64,000 nt of DNA. Origin: Fibrobacterales bacterium. Its GTDB lineage: Bacteria; Fibrobacterota; Fibrobacteria; Fibrobacterales; JAOPTW01. The notes beneath the pieces are model-generated. The model was not told where the DNA came from. It did not search any database and worked only from the letters and a program-made list of their open reading frames with translations. The position numbers and the translations under genes were made by a program. Shown one piece after another: positions 32,288 to 42,319 of the stretch. Where the stretch lies: assembly GCA_051532035.1 (NCBI GenBank), contig JAOPTW010000014.1, positions 96,001 to 160,000 on the forward strand. Direction: 5' to 3'. The first letter of the stretch is position 1. Every line of letters starts with the position of its first letter.

Positions 32288-32540
32288 AAATTGTGAGCGA
32301 AATCATAGCCAGTATATCACTTTTCAGTCGATAAAGCCACCACTTTTAAGGTATCTTTAAAACAACTAAACCATTGTATTTGCAAAGTTAAAAATGTAAT
32401 ATGGACACCGACCTCCAAATTATCGCCTCAATTCGTGTAAACATACAATTTACAATTTGCTATGAACCTTTTTTGAGTATAATTTAACTAAACAATAGAA
32501 AACAGTGGTTTTTTAACAAATCATTAAAGGATACCCCCCT

Positions 32541-34634
32541 ATGATAAGAATACCAAAAAAACTTACACTGATGCTCGCCATTATGGGCATCTTTACACTT
32601 ATCGGATGTCTCTCCGATAACAAAGATTATTTCGACATGGAGCTCCCAGCAGATGCTGAAGTAACTCCTAAATCTCTCGAGTCAACAGGCGCAGCCTGTT
32701 CAGATGGAGTTGACAATGACGAAGATGGTAAAATAGATTGTGACGACATGGACTGCCTTGGGAAATCAGGTTGTTTCGTAGAGCTCAGCTGTACCGATGG
32801 CATCGACAACGATAACAATGGTAAAACAGACTGTAGCGATGAATTTTGTGAATTCCAAGCAGACTGTCAAGACGGTGGTGAGAACACCCAAGACAAATGC
32901 AAAGATGGGGTCGACAATGATGAAAATGGAAAAATTGACTGTTTAGATCAAGGCTGCCTTGATTTTGTTTTTTGTCAAGAGCCTACCGAAGACACTGATG
33001 CACAATGTAAAGACGGCATTGACAATGATGAAGATGGATACACCGACTGTGACGATGAAAAATGTACAGTCTTCCCGAGCTGTGAAGATGATGTTGAAAA
33101 CACCTACACACTCTGTACTGACCAAGTCGACAATGATGGCGATGGCGACAATGACTGCGCAGACAAAGATTGTAAAGTATTCGTAATCTGTAACGTTGCA
33201 GAAAACGAACCTGAAACATGTCTTGATGGCGTGGATAATGACGGCGATACAATGATTGACTGTGAAGATAACGAATGTGAACTTTTTGATTTTTGTAACG
33301 AGGCCGACCCAGCAACATGTAAGGATGGCATTGACAATGATGACGATGGCAAAACTGACTGTGAAGATGATGGCTGTGCATTCCATGATTTTTGTGCAGA
33401 AAACACTGTAGCTCTTTGTACAGATGGCATTGATAATGACGTAGATGGACTTGAAGACTGTGATGATGACCAGTGCCTCGTATTTGCTGAGTGCTCAGAA
33501 TCAAAATTCGACATTTGTGCTGACGGCCTTGATAATGACGGTGATGGCTTTATTGACTGTGAAGATGATGAGTGCCGCCTTTTTGATTTTTGTGCAGAGA
33601 GCAAACTAAAATATTGTGTAGACGGACTTGACAATGACCTTGATGGCGCAGCTGACTGTGAAGACTCTGACTGTCGTGCATTTGATATTTGTGCCGAAAA
33701 CAGCTTAAACACTTGTACTGACGGAATTGATAATGACTTAGACGGCGTTAAGGATTGTAAAGATGTAGATTGCTGGGCGATCCCTGGCACTAATTGCGGT
33801 GAGCTCAGTGCGGCAATGTGTGATGACGACATAGACAATGATGGCGACGGCGTTAAGGACTGTGATGACAGCGACTGCTCAGTATTTACTGACCTCTGTC
33901 CATTTAAAGGCCCGTCTGACGGACCTAGCCTAGGTGGCAGTGATGGCGAGGGCGGCACTGGGAGCGGTGGCAAAGGAACCGGTGGTGGCGCAGGCGTGAC
34001 CGCAACTTGTGAAGGCGAAACTCTTGTACTTAACCGTTTTGAAAAATTTACTATGACTATTTATGACCATGATCAAGGTACTGACTTTGGCGCATCAATG
34101 GGAGCCGATTTCCTTAGACAAGGCATGGTAACCAACAAACTTGTTGATGGTAGACCTGAGTATAAAGCCAATCTACATACTAATAAAAATATTGCAAAAT
34201 GGTGGTCTGAAGATTATGCAAAATCAAAAACCACCGTTGATCTTGCATTTGCTAAAGTCGGTGAAGCAACTTACACCTATAGTGATACTGACTTTTTTCC
34301 ACTTGATGGTAAAGATGCAACTGAAGGCGACGCTGGTCTCAACTACTACTTTGCCGGACATCTACAATGGGAGTTTATCTATGATGGCCAAAAAAATCAA
34401 TTCTTTAGCTTCTCTGGCGATGATGATGTATTTGTTTATTTAAATGATAACCTTGTACTTGATATTGGAGGAGTTCACACCCCAATTGAAGACAACTTTA
34501 TTCTTGATAAAGAACTTGATAAACTCGGAATTGGTGAGGGAGAAACGATCACTCTTGACTTCTTTATTGCAGAACGTCAAAAATCTGGATCACAAGCTAT
34601 TATTGAAATTACAATTCCTTGTATTGTTAAATAG
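32541..34634 (+). CDS. Lipoprotein with 12 Cys/Asp-rich repeats and C-terminal fibro-slime (PA14-like) domain
   Basis: Lipobox LIGC; CxDGxDNDxDGxxDCxDxxC repeats; DFFPLD, NYYF, FSFSGDDDVFVYLN..LVLDIGGVH, LDFFIAER fibro-slime motif. Confidence 0.88.
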   Translation: MIRIPKKLTLMLAIMGIFTLIGCLSDNKDYFDMELPADAEVTPKSLESTGAACSDGVDNDEDGKIDCDDMDCLGKSGCFVELSCTDGIDNDNNGKTDCSDEFCEFQADCQDGGENTQDKCKDGVDNDENGKIDCLDQGCLDFVFCQEPTEDTDAQCKDGIDNDEDGYTDCDDEKCTVFPSCEDDVENTYTLCTDQVDNDGDGDNDCADKDCKVFVICNVAENEPETCLDGVDNDGDTMIDCEDNECELFDFCNEADPATCKDGIDNDDDGKTDCEDDGCAFHDFCAENTVALCTDGIDNDVDGLEDCDDDQCLVFAECSESKFDICADGLDNDGDGFIDCEDDECRLFDFCAESKLKYCVDGLDNDLDGAADCEDSDCRAFDICAENSLNTCTDGIDNDLDGVKDCKDVDCWAIPGTNCGELSAAMCDDDIDNDGDGVKDCDDSDCSVFTDLCPFKGPSDGPSLGGSDGEGGTGSGGKGTGGGAGVTATCEGETLVLNRFEKFTMTIYDHDQGTDFGASMGADFLRQGMVTNKLVDGRPEYKANLHTNKNIAKWWSEDYAKSKTTVDLAFAKVGEATYTYSDTDFFPLDGKDATEGDAGLNYYFAGHLQWEFIYDGQKNQFFSFSGDDDVFVYLNDNLVLDIGGVHTPIEDNFILDKELDKLGIGEGETITLDFFIAERQKSGSQAIIEITIPCIVK
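32697..33899 (+). repeat. 12 coding repeats of a ~33-35 aa Cys/Asp motif
   Basis: Counted in the translation: CSDGVDNDEDG ... CDDDIDNDGDG. Confidence 0.85.
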
Positions 34635-34662
34635 TATTGTTACACAAATAGAATATTAACAC

Positions 34663-34697
34663 AGTATCCGTTCAACAACAGTTGGGCGGATACTTTT
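34663..34697 (+). terminator. Intrinsic terminator
   Basis: agtatccgttcaac-aaca-gttgggcggatactttt. Confidence 0.75.
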
Positions 34698-34751
34698 AAA
34701 ATGGGGCGTTACATTGTTGAACACACAGCAATTAACAAAAACGGGAGCATT

Positions 34752-35624
34752 ATGAACAACACACTAATTAAAGCGATACCCTTTTGTATTGGGATTTTTA
34801 TTATCATGGGATGTTTTGGGGAGGAAACAACCGCCACTAACCCTTCACTCTCATCAAATGAAACTTCCGAAAATACAGAGGAGTCATCTACAACTGATGA
34901 CAGTTCTATAATAAGTGACGAATCATCAGAAGAACCTATAAATCAAAGTTCTACAGTTGACCCTGTCTCTTCAGCGGATAACAATGATAGTAGCGAATTA
35001 GACGCATCATCAACTGAAGGCGACTCATCTAAAGATGACATTTCATCAGATGAAGCCCCTATATCGTCAGAAAATGTGACTAACGCCCTTAAAGATGATG
35101 ACGGTAACTGCATATCGTATAAAGAGAAAATATGTTTTCAGGAACTAAAACCAAACTATGATGAGAATTCAGTTATAGAAAATTATGGTGGTGAATTTCA
35201 CTTTTTTGAACAAAACTTTGAAGCATATGAAACTCTTCGATGCGAGGTTTGTACTGACACAATCAGGCATACTCAAGCAACGCTCACTTATCAAAAATAT
35301 TGTAATGAATGTGAGAAACTTACAATTCAAGAGAATATTGAAGATATTATAACCTCAGTTCCAGTTCCCGAAGGAGTTTCGCCCATCTTTTCAGTCACAT
35401 TTGACCTATGGGGAAATATATCTGAAGGTCATTTAACCTATGAGGGTACTCTCAGCAGCATTGACAAAGGGGAGGCTGCAAGTGTTATTCTTACTGCTAT
35501 TACATTTTCAACCGAATCAGGCGATTACTTCCAAGAATTCGCCATTCAACCAGATACTACTGACGGTAAATTCTATTGGAAACAAGCAAATTCTGGATGC
35601 GACAGAGATGAATGCTTCGAATAA
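34752..35624 (+). CDS. Lipoprotein, paralog 1 of 4 in an unrecognised family ending CDxDECF
   Basis: Lipobox IMGC; Ser-rich linker; CISYKEKICFQELKPNY...CEVCTDT...WK...CDRDECFE. Confidence 0.85.
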   Translation: MNNTLIKAIPFCIGIFIIMGCFGEETTATNPSLSSNETSENTEESSTTDDSSIISDESSEEPINQSSTVDPVSSADNNDSSELDASSTEGDSSKDDISSDEAPISSENVTNALKDDDGNCISYKEKICFQELKPNYDENSVIENYGGEFHFFEQNFEAYETLRCEVCTDTIRHTQATLTYQKYCNECEKLTIQENIEDIITSVPVPEGVSPIFSVTFDLWGNISEGHLTYEGTLSSIDKGEAASVILTAITFSTESGDYFQEFAIQPDTTDGKFYWKQANSGCDRDECFE

Positions 35625-35656
35625 CTTAAAACCCAACTAAAACTAAATGAATTTCT

Positions 35657-35695
35657 AAAAAAGCATCCACCAGCACAGCCGGTGGATGCTTTTTT
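35657..35695 (+). terminator. Intrinsic terminator
   Basis: aaaaaagcatccacc-N9-ggtggatgctttttt. Confidence 0.8.
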
Positions 35696-35830
35696 GATTG
35701 TGGTGCCATCTAAGACAGGCTTTGGCCTCAAATCTAATTCCTATTCTTCAAAAATTTATTGAACTATTTTTAATATTTTATCACTAATATATTAATTAGA
35801 GTGGGTTTCCACGCATCATGAGAGAATATT

Positions 35831-36706
35831 ATGAATCACCAACTGATTAAGACCATTCCCCTTTGTATCGGGTTTTTAATTATCATGGGATGTTTTGGGG
35901 AGGCCACTTCCATTGCATCATCACCCTCAACATCATCCAGTGAAACGTCTAAAAATACAGAGGAGCCATCTACAACGGCAGTCTCATCTGAAGAAATAAC
36001 AGAACAGAGCTCAACAATTGCCCCTGCATCATCAGACGACGACAATGAAAGCAGTGAAGTAGACGAACCATCGTCTGAATACAAACCATCTAAAAATGAA
36101 AGTTCATCAGATACAGAACCAACATCCTCTTCATCTTCAAAAAAAATAACGAACGCCCTTATGGACGATGATGGTAACTGTATATCATATAAAGAGAAAA
36201 TATGTTTTCAAGAAGTAAAGCCAAATTACAATGAGAATTCAGTAGAAGAAAATTACACTGGTGAATTTCATTTTTTTGAAGAAAGCTTTAAGGCCTATGA
36301 AACACTTCGCTGCGAAATTTGTTCCGATACAATTAGACACACACAAGCCACCCTCAGATACATAAAACATTGTGAAGGTGATTATTGCGACAATAATGCC
36401 TCTAATATTGACGTCGACATAGCTGACATTATCACCTCTGTAGGAGTCCCTGAAGGCACCTCACCAATGTTTTCTTTTACATTTGATATCTGGGGAGAAT
36501 TCACTGATAATCAATTAACATACGAGAAAATGATGGAACGGCGCGATGAAGGACACAATATGGCAATAAGACTCTATTCTATTACTTTATCTACTGAGTC
36601 TGGTGATTACCTCCAAGAATTCTCCATTGAGCCAGATACTACAGATGGCCTCTTCTACTGGAAACAATCAAATGTCATATGCGACCTAGATGAATGCTTC
36701 GAATAA
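35831..36706 (+). CDS. Lipoprotein, paralog 2 of 4
   Basis: Closest to paralog 1 (NAL.DDDGNCISYKEKICFQE.KPNY); ends CDLDECFE. Confidence 0.85.
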   Translation: MNHQLIKTIPLCIGFLIIMGCFGEATSIASSPSTSSSETSKNTEEPSTTAVSSEEITEQSSTIAPASSDDDNESSEVDEPSSEYKPSKNESSSDTEPTSSSSSKKITNALMDDDGNCISYKEKICFQEVKPNYNENSVEENYTGEFHFFEESFKAYETLRCEICSDTIRHTQATLRYIKHCEGDYCDNNASNIDVDIADIITSVGVPEGTSPMFSFTFDIWGEFTDNQLTYEKMMERRDEGHNMAIRLYSITLSTESGDYLQEFSIEPDTTDGLFYWKQSNVICDLDECFE

Positions 36707-36847
36707 CCTCTTCTTTAATGCTATTCAAACATAATTCTATCTAAATAGCCTTTTCTATTCATCAAAGATATAATGAACCATTTACACATTTTTCATCACT
36801 AACATATATTAATGAGAGTGGACTTCCACGCATCACGAGAGAACAAA

Positions 36848-37798
36848 ATGAACAAAAAAATCATGAAAATTATGCTTGTATGCTGTACTTTTGCACTCCT
36901 TATTATCGGTTGCGATAAAGCACTCACACCCATTGATGAAACGTCACCAGCTACTAATGATATCTCTTCTTCAACAAACAATTCATCATCTTCAATACGT
37001 AGCAACTCCTCCACTGACATCCAGAGCAGTGTAACCAGTACAGATGACCAAAGCAGCAGCACCCCACCCCCCTCAAACTCATCAGGGGGGCAATCAAGTA
37101 GCGACACCCAATCATTCAATGACTCCAACTCCTCTAATGATTCTCAGTCTGTTGATGACACGCAATCAAATGCCGACAATGCCTCGTCTGCAACACCCGC
37201 AAGTTCTTCATCTGCAACAAGTGATGATAGCAGCAACTCTGTGGTATATAAAGATTGTGATACATACACTGAACGCATATGCCTACAAGAACTCAAACCC
37301 TATTATGATAAAAATGAAATACTGGAAAACTACAACGGAACTTTTCATTATTATGAACCAAATTTTGATTATTACAAACATAACTGTCAAGTTTGCGGTG
37401 ATACTGTACGTTTCTCAAAAGCTATCCTAAAATATGCTATTGACAATGGTAACAATGATGACAAAAGTCTATATTCAATCGAAGCCTCTGATGTTACTGA
37501 TGAACTCCCCCTTACGCAAATTATGGAAGGGGTCGATCGCATTGGGCAAATATCATTTGACTTTTGGAATGATGCTCCAGCAAAATCAAAGAACCTTGAT
37601 TCTATTCAAAAATCACAAATTTTAAAAAATGCTACTGAAGGTGAAAATCCAAGACTCAGACTAGTAAATATCATTTTCACCAATGATGATGACAGCTACA
37701 CAATGTCATATACAACTCTTAATACTGATACCTTAGAAGGAAAATTACATTGGAAATTTCTAAGCAGTAGCTGTGATCTAGATGAATGCTTTGAGTAA
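36848..37798 (+). CDS. Lipoprotein, paralog 3 of 4
   Basis: Lipobox IIGC; CDTYTERICLQELKPYY...CQVCGDT...HWK...CDLDECFE. Confidence 0.85.
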   Translation: MNKKIMKIMLVCCTFALLIIGCDKALTPIDETSPATNDISSSTNNSSSSIRSNSSTDIQSSVTSTDDQSSSTPPPSNSSGGQSSSDTQSFNDSNSSNDSQSVDDTQSNADNASSATPASSSSATSDDSSNSVVYKDCDTYTERICLQELKPYYDKNEILENYNGTFHYYEPNFDYYKHNCQVCGDTVRFSKAILKYAIDNGNNDDKSLYSIEASDVTDELPLTQIMEGVDRIGQISFDFWNDAPAKSKNLDSIQKSQILKNATEGENPRLRLVNIIFTNDDDSYTMSYTTLNTDTLEGKLHWKFLSSSCDLDECFE

Positions 37799-37827
37799 GT
37801 AACCAAAATTAATCAGCAAACTTTTAT

Positions 37828-37868
37828 AGACAAAAAGCCTACCACTCCGGTAGGCTTTTTGTCTTTTT
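37828..37868 (+). terminator. Intrinsic terminator
   Basis: agacaaaaagcctacc-actcc-ggtaggctttttgtcttttt. Confidence 0.85.
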
Positions 37869-38224
37869 ATAAATAATCTCAAGCTGCCTTTTCCCTATAT
37901 CACCCCCAATTGATCTAGCTATAAAAAACTTTGTAAAAAAATTATAACGTACTATAATATCTAAGCCAACAATCCACCGCTCGACATAGACAATTATTAA
38001 CGATGTAAAAATATCAAAATACAACAAAATCGCTACATCACAATAAATCGAACACTATAAACAATATCGTAGACAAATATTATCAATTTATTCAAGACCA
38101 GTATTTTTTTTACTTTGTCCGGGTAAAACTGAGCGTTTTGAGCCAAAAACCTAACATTGCATTACCTGAATTAAGAATTTATATTATTGTAACTGGGACA
38201 CATATACTAACAAATGAGAACATT

Positions 38225-39133
38225 ATGAATTACACCGTACATACGTTAATAGGCATTTTCTGCATTGGAACATTATTTATTGCATGTGATAAAGAACTAT
38301 CACCACTTCCTGTAGAAAATAACAATTCAACAACTTCAGAAAACTCATCTGAATCAGAACAGAGTCAACCCAATGGGAACTCATCAATAGAAGAAGGTGT
38401 ATCTTCTATAATTTCATCATCCTCTTCTGTTAGTTCACCAAATTACCCTTCTAGTTCTTCAAAACTTACAGATCAAAATAGCTCTAGCTCAATGACATCA
38501 TCAGATGATGAATCAAGCTCTACAAATGAATCATCGTCTGAAGCTACTCCACCATCTTCATCTTCTTCGGAGAAACCAGAAGAAACAAAGTGCACAGAGT
38601 ATGAAGAAATTACCTGCTTACAAGAACTAAGACCCTATTACGACAAAAATACAGTACAGACTAACTATGAAGATGGTGAATTTTATTTTTTCGAAGTTGG
38701 ATTTGATACCATAAAAAAATACAATTGTCAAATTTGTAGCGACACTATTACACACTCAAAAGTTGAGATTAAATTTATAGAAGATTGTGATTTAGATAAC
38801 CAATGGTGTATTGACACAAGATCTAAAACAATCAACAAGAACCTAGATGAGATTTCAACGAGTATGGAAGTGCCCGAAGGATTTGACCCACAATTTTATT
38901 TAACCTTTAATTATTTATCGAAAGTCTCCAAGTCAGACTATTCATTTGAAGCAGATTTGGCTAATATCACTAGAGGCACAAGACCATTTGTACAATTTTA
39001 TTCTATTACCTTTACTGATGAGACTGGAGGCTACATACAAAGATTTAGTATAGAAGATGAAGGCATTGTAGATAGCCACCACTATTGGAAAGAAAAAGGG
39101 TCTACTTGTGATATAGATGAATGCTTTAATTAA
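38225..39133 (+). CDS. Lipoprotein, paralog 4 of 4
   Basis: Lipobox FIAC; CTEYEEITCLQELRPYY...CQICSDT...YWK...CDIDECFN. Confidence 0.85.
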   Translation: MNYTVHTLIGIFCIGTLFIACDKELSPLPVENNNSTTSENSSESEQSQPNGNSSIEEGVSSIISSSSSVSSPNYPSSSSKLTDQNSSSSMTSSDDESSSTNESSSEATPPSSSSSEKPEETKCTEYEEITCLQELRPYYDKNTVQTNYEDGEFYFFEVGFDTIKKYNCQICSDTITHSKVEIKFIEDCDLDNQWCIDTRSKTINKNLDEISTSMEVPEGFDPQFYLTFNYLSKVSKSDYSFEADLANITRGTRPFVQFYSITFTDETGGYIQRFSIEDEGIVDSHHYWKEKGSTCDIDECFN

Positions 39134-39168
39134 TTCTCATTGTACTCAATCTTGAAACCAGATGACTT

Positions 39169-39211
39169 ATAATAAAAGCCTCACTTCAATTTGAAGTGAG
39201 GCTTTTATTAT
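39169..39211. terminator. Bidirectional intrinsic terminator
   Basis: ataataaaagcctcacttcaa-t-ttgaagtgaggcttttattat. Confidence 0.85.
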
Positions 39212-39242
39212 CTCTATCAGTATAACATTGTCAGTATCGTTC

Positions 39243-39338
39243 TTACTCAATCAACTCACAATGTTTCTCATCACCATTCAGATCAGTGCTCCATCTATAA
39301 CTTTTTATATCCGAGAAGGGCACAGCAACTAATTACCG
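39243..39338 (-). pseudogene. Decayed 3' remnant of a paralog of the 39385-41358 gene
   Basis: Minus-strand frame R*LVAVPFSDIKSYRWSTDLNGDEKHCELIE* resembles WEEISIPMADI...KVDKWCIDLNETDRLCEAVAEE* of the adjacent gene. Confidence 0.6.
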
Positions 39339-39384
39339 AACTCTGAAAAGCTTTTCACTAATCACACTCAAAAAGAATATGCAT

Positions 39385-41358
39385 CTATTCTTCAGCAACC
39401 GCTTCACACAGTCTATCAGTTTCATTTAAATCGATACACCATTTATCAACTTTATGGCCAATATAAATATTCCTAACAGTGCATGCTGTACTTAACTCAA
39501 AAAAGGTTACCACTCTCGTTGCATGCCCATCGGCAAATATATCCGCCATAGGGATACTGATTTCTTCCCAGGTATTCGTATGCATATATTTATATTCGGT
39601 TAACTTAGTATTCCATGCGCGGGCCGTGCCACTCGGCGCTCTATATCGACCCCAATATTCAACACCAATATCATTACATTTAATTTCAAAAGAAAGGATA
39701 CCATCCATCCAATAGGTTAAATCAGTTTCGCCAGCCAGTATTCCATTACCTGAATTAGGCTCAACTACAAATTTCCCACCTACCCACACACCATCATAGG
39801 GCGCTTCAGATGCAAAATCAACACTATCACTATTATAACTATCTTTATCAATAATCAGCATACTATCATTCACCACATAATACTGCTCACACACCGCCAA
39901 ACCATCACAACCCGTATCATCACAATCCGTTGCACCATCATCATCGTTATCAACACCGTCACTACACTGTTCGGGAGTACTCTCTTTAATAGCACATATA
40001 TCAAAACACTGTGGGTCTGCACAATCAATCAGTTTATCGCCATCATTATCAATATTATCGGTACATTTATCGACTGTATTTTCATCCTTAAGTTTACACA
40101 CGTCAAAGCCACTACAATTCAAGGTATCGAGGCAATCGATAAATTCATTCCCATCATTGTCCAAACCATCGTCACACTTAGCGGCCGTGTTTTCAAACTC
40201 TGCACAAATTACGAGCTCTCCACAGCTACTATCCTCACAATCTATTTTGCCATCACTATCGTTGTCCTCTCCATCACTACACTGCTCTGTACTTGCTTCG
40301 ATTTCACTACACACCTCTAGTCCTTTACAATCTGAGTCCAGACAATCGATAAGTGAATCACTATCATTATCCTTTCCATCATTACAAAGGAGCACAGTGT
40401 TTTCACTTGGGTTACACACCTCTAAAACCGAACAATCAGGGTCAGCGCAATCAATTTTATTATCACCATCATTATCATGATTATCAACACACAACTGGTA
40501 GGTATTCTCGTACTTCCCTGCACAAACAGGAAACCCAGAACAATCTTCGATATCATCACAATCAGTCGCCCCATCACCATCATTGTCTAGGCCATCGGCA
40601 CATTTAGAAGATGTATTTTCATACCCTTTACATACCTCGAGTTCGCCACAGCTATTATCATCACAGTCTATTTTTTTATCTGAATCATTATCAATACCAT
40701 CGCTACACATTGTGGGATTGTTTTCACTTTCACTACACACCGGTAAATCGAAACAATTCGGGTCCAAGCAATCTGTTAAATCATTTTTATCGTTATCAAA
40801 CTCATCTGAACAGAGCTCATTGGTATTCTCTTGAGAGTTACACACCTTAAATACTTGGCACTGACTATCAAAGCAATCGATAAAGCCATCTCTATCATTA
40901 TCAACACCATCAGTACAAAGAGTTGGTGTTGCTTCGTAATCGCCACACAATGGATTTACCCCAAAGCATTGAGGGTCATCACAGTCAACGAGTGAGTCTC
41001 CATCATTATCACTCATATCTGAACAGAGCTCCAAAGTTATTTCACCGCAAAAACCGTTATCATAACAGTCTTTGTCATTACAATCCAGATACCCATCATC
41101 ATCGTTATCTACTGAGTCTTTGCACATTTCAAGGGAGTTTTCAAAACTGCAGGCCCCTTCGACAACGAGACAGCTGGGATCATTACAATCGATCAACCCA
41201 TCGTCATCGTTGTCTCTATTATCCTGACATTTCTCAATGGTATTTTCGAAAACAGTAATGTCTGGGTCTTCATTTAAATCAAGGTTATCAGAATTAAATT
41301 GATCAGTGCATGAAACCAACAAGAGAAGTTCCAAAAGAAAAAGAGTGATTTTAAACAT
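39385..41358 (-). CDS. Lipoprotein with 13 Cys/Asp-rich repeats and C-terminal CBM-like beta-sandwich
   Basis: Lipobox LVSC; EN....CxDxxDNDxDxxxDCxDxxC repeats; C-domain with DLTYW..G.LSFEIK, WEEISIPMAD. Confidence 0.8.
   Translation of the reverse strand: MFKITLFLLELLLLVSCTDQFNSDNLDLNEDPDITVFENTIEKCQDNRDNDDDGLIDCNDPSCLVVEGACSFENSLEMCKDSVDNDDDGYLDCNDKDCYDNGFCGEITLELCSDMSDNDGDSLVDCDDPQCFGVNPLCGDYEATPTLCTDGVDNDRDGFIDCFDSQCQVFKVCNSQENTNELCSDEFDNDKNDLTDCLDPNCFDLPVCSESENNPTMCSDGIDNDSDKKIDCDDNSCGELEVCKGYENTSSKCADGLDNDGDGATDCDDIEDCSGFPVCAGKYENTYQLCVDNHDNDGDNKIDCADPDCSVLEVCNPSENTVLLCNDGKDNDSDSLIDCLDSDCKGLEVCSEIEASTEQCSDGEDNDSDGKIDCEDSSCGELVICAEFENTAAKCDDGLDNDGNEFIDCLDTLNCSGFDVCKLKDENTVDKCTDNIDNDGDKLIDCADPQCFDICAIKESTPEQCSDGVDNDDDGATDCDDTGCDGLAVCEQYYVVNDSMLIIDKDSYNSDSVDFASEAPYDGVWVGGKFVVEPNSGNGILAGETDLTYWMDGILSFEIKCNDIGVEYWGRYRAPSGTARAWNTKLTEYKYMHTNTWEEISIPMADIFADGHATRVVTFFELSTACTVRNIYIGHKVDKWCIDLNETDRLCEAVAEE
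39889..41229 (-). repeat. 13 coding repeats of the Cys/Asp motif
   Basis: Counted in the translation: CQDNRDNDDDG ... CSDGVDNDDDG. Confidence 0.85.
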
Positions 41359-41507
41359 AATTGCCCCCAAATATGTATATCGTGGATTTATACTACCACT
41401 TGTGTGTGTGTTAATCCATTATAATATACCTTAAAAAGGGGGATTCACTTTTTGAGCAAATGCTTATTTTACACGAATCAGGAGGGAAGTGTTTCAAAAG
41501 TGTGCAT

Positions 41508-41539
41508 AAAAAAAGCTCAACGGTTTAACTGTTGAGCTC
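41508..41539 (-). terminator. Intrinsic terminator of nrtR-like gene
   Basis: Minus strand agctcaacag-ttaaa-ccgttgagcttttttt. Confidence 0.75.
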
Positions 41540-41593
41540 AATCTGTATGATTTTTTAGATTAATGGCGTATCGCTAACAAAATGGAATAATTG

Positions 41594-42286
41594 TTAAACA
41601 TCAAATACAAATCCATTTTTAACTAGTGCTCGATACTTTTTGATATCGAAACTATACAGTGCGGCAGCTCTATGCGCTACCCCTTGTTGCTTCTCCCCCA
41701 AATCGACCAAAAAGTCTTTTTTGAGAATCTTCTTGAGGAAATTACGTTTGTCGAGTTTTTTGTCCAATATAGCTTCATACATCGTATGAAGCTCTGTAAG
41801 GGTGAATTTCTTCGGAAGCAACTCAAAGCCTATTGGGACATAGTTAACCTTGTGTTTGAGGGTCTCAAGGGCTTTTTTGACAACATCCTTATGGTCAAAG
41901 ACCATCTTTGGCACACGCTTCACCTTGTGCCATCTAATCTCCTCGACAACTCGTCCTTTTTTAAGGTCAAAGTGCTCAGGATTAATTAAGGCAAAATGGG
42001 CAATAGTAATAACACGATCATCCTCCACCCGATTAGCCTCACCAAAAACATGGAATTGTTCCAAGTAGACACCTTTCACACCAGTAAGCTCTTCAAGTAC
42101 TCTATTAGCGGCGCTGTCCATATCCTCTTTTGGAAGCACATAGCCCCCTGGGATTGCCCAATAGCGTTTATCAGTAGACTCAACCCGTTGAATACAGAGG
42201 ACGTGTAACTCCCCATCTTTTACCCCGAATAGAACAAAATCGAGCGATACGTTTGCCAAAAATCCGTTAGGGTTTACCATTGTCAT
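41594..42286 (-). CDS. NrtR-family transcriptional regulator (Nudix fold plus wHTH)
   Basis: SLDFVLFG, WAIPGG.V...E....AA.RVL.ELTG, YLEQF..FG...R; C-terminal FELLPKKFTLTEL...YEAIL...LDKRNF.KKI...HRAAALYSF. Confidence 0.9.
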   Translation of the reverse strand: MTMVNPNGFLANVSLDFVLFGVKDGELHVLCIQRVESTDKRYWAIPGGYVLPKEDMDSAANRVLEELTGVKGVYLEQFHVFGEANRVEDDRVITIAHFALINPEHFDLKKGRVVEEIRWHKVKRVPKMVFDHKDVVKKALETLKHKVNYVPIGFELLPKKFTLTELHTMYEAILDKKLDKRNFLKKILKKDFLVDLGEKQQGVAHRAAALYSFDIKKYRALVKNGFVFDV

Positions 42287-42319
42287 GTGTTGTGCCTTTA
42301 GATGACTCTCATTATTTCA

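Noticed and set aside
32697..33899. Periodic gacaatga-type repeats as a possible CRISPR array
   Set aside because: They are degenerate in-frame codon repeats of a protein motif; there are no identical repeats with unique spacers and no cas genes.
32943..33973. Long antisense and alternate-frame ORFs over the Cys/Asp repeats (also 40157-41258 and 48794-49270)
   Set aside because: Shadow ORFs caused by low-complexity repeats of the real genes.
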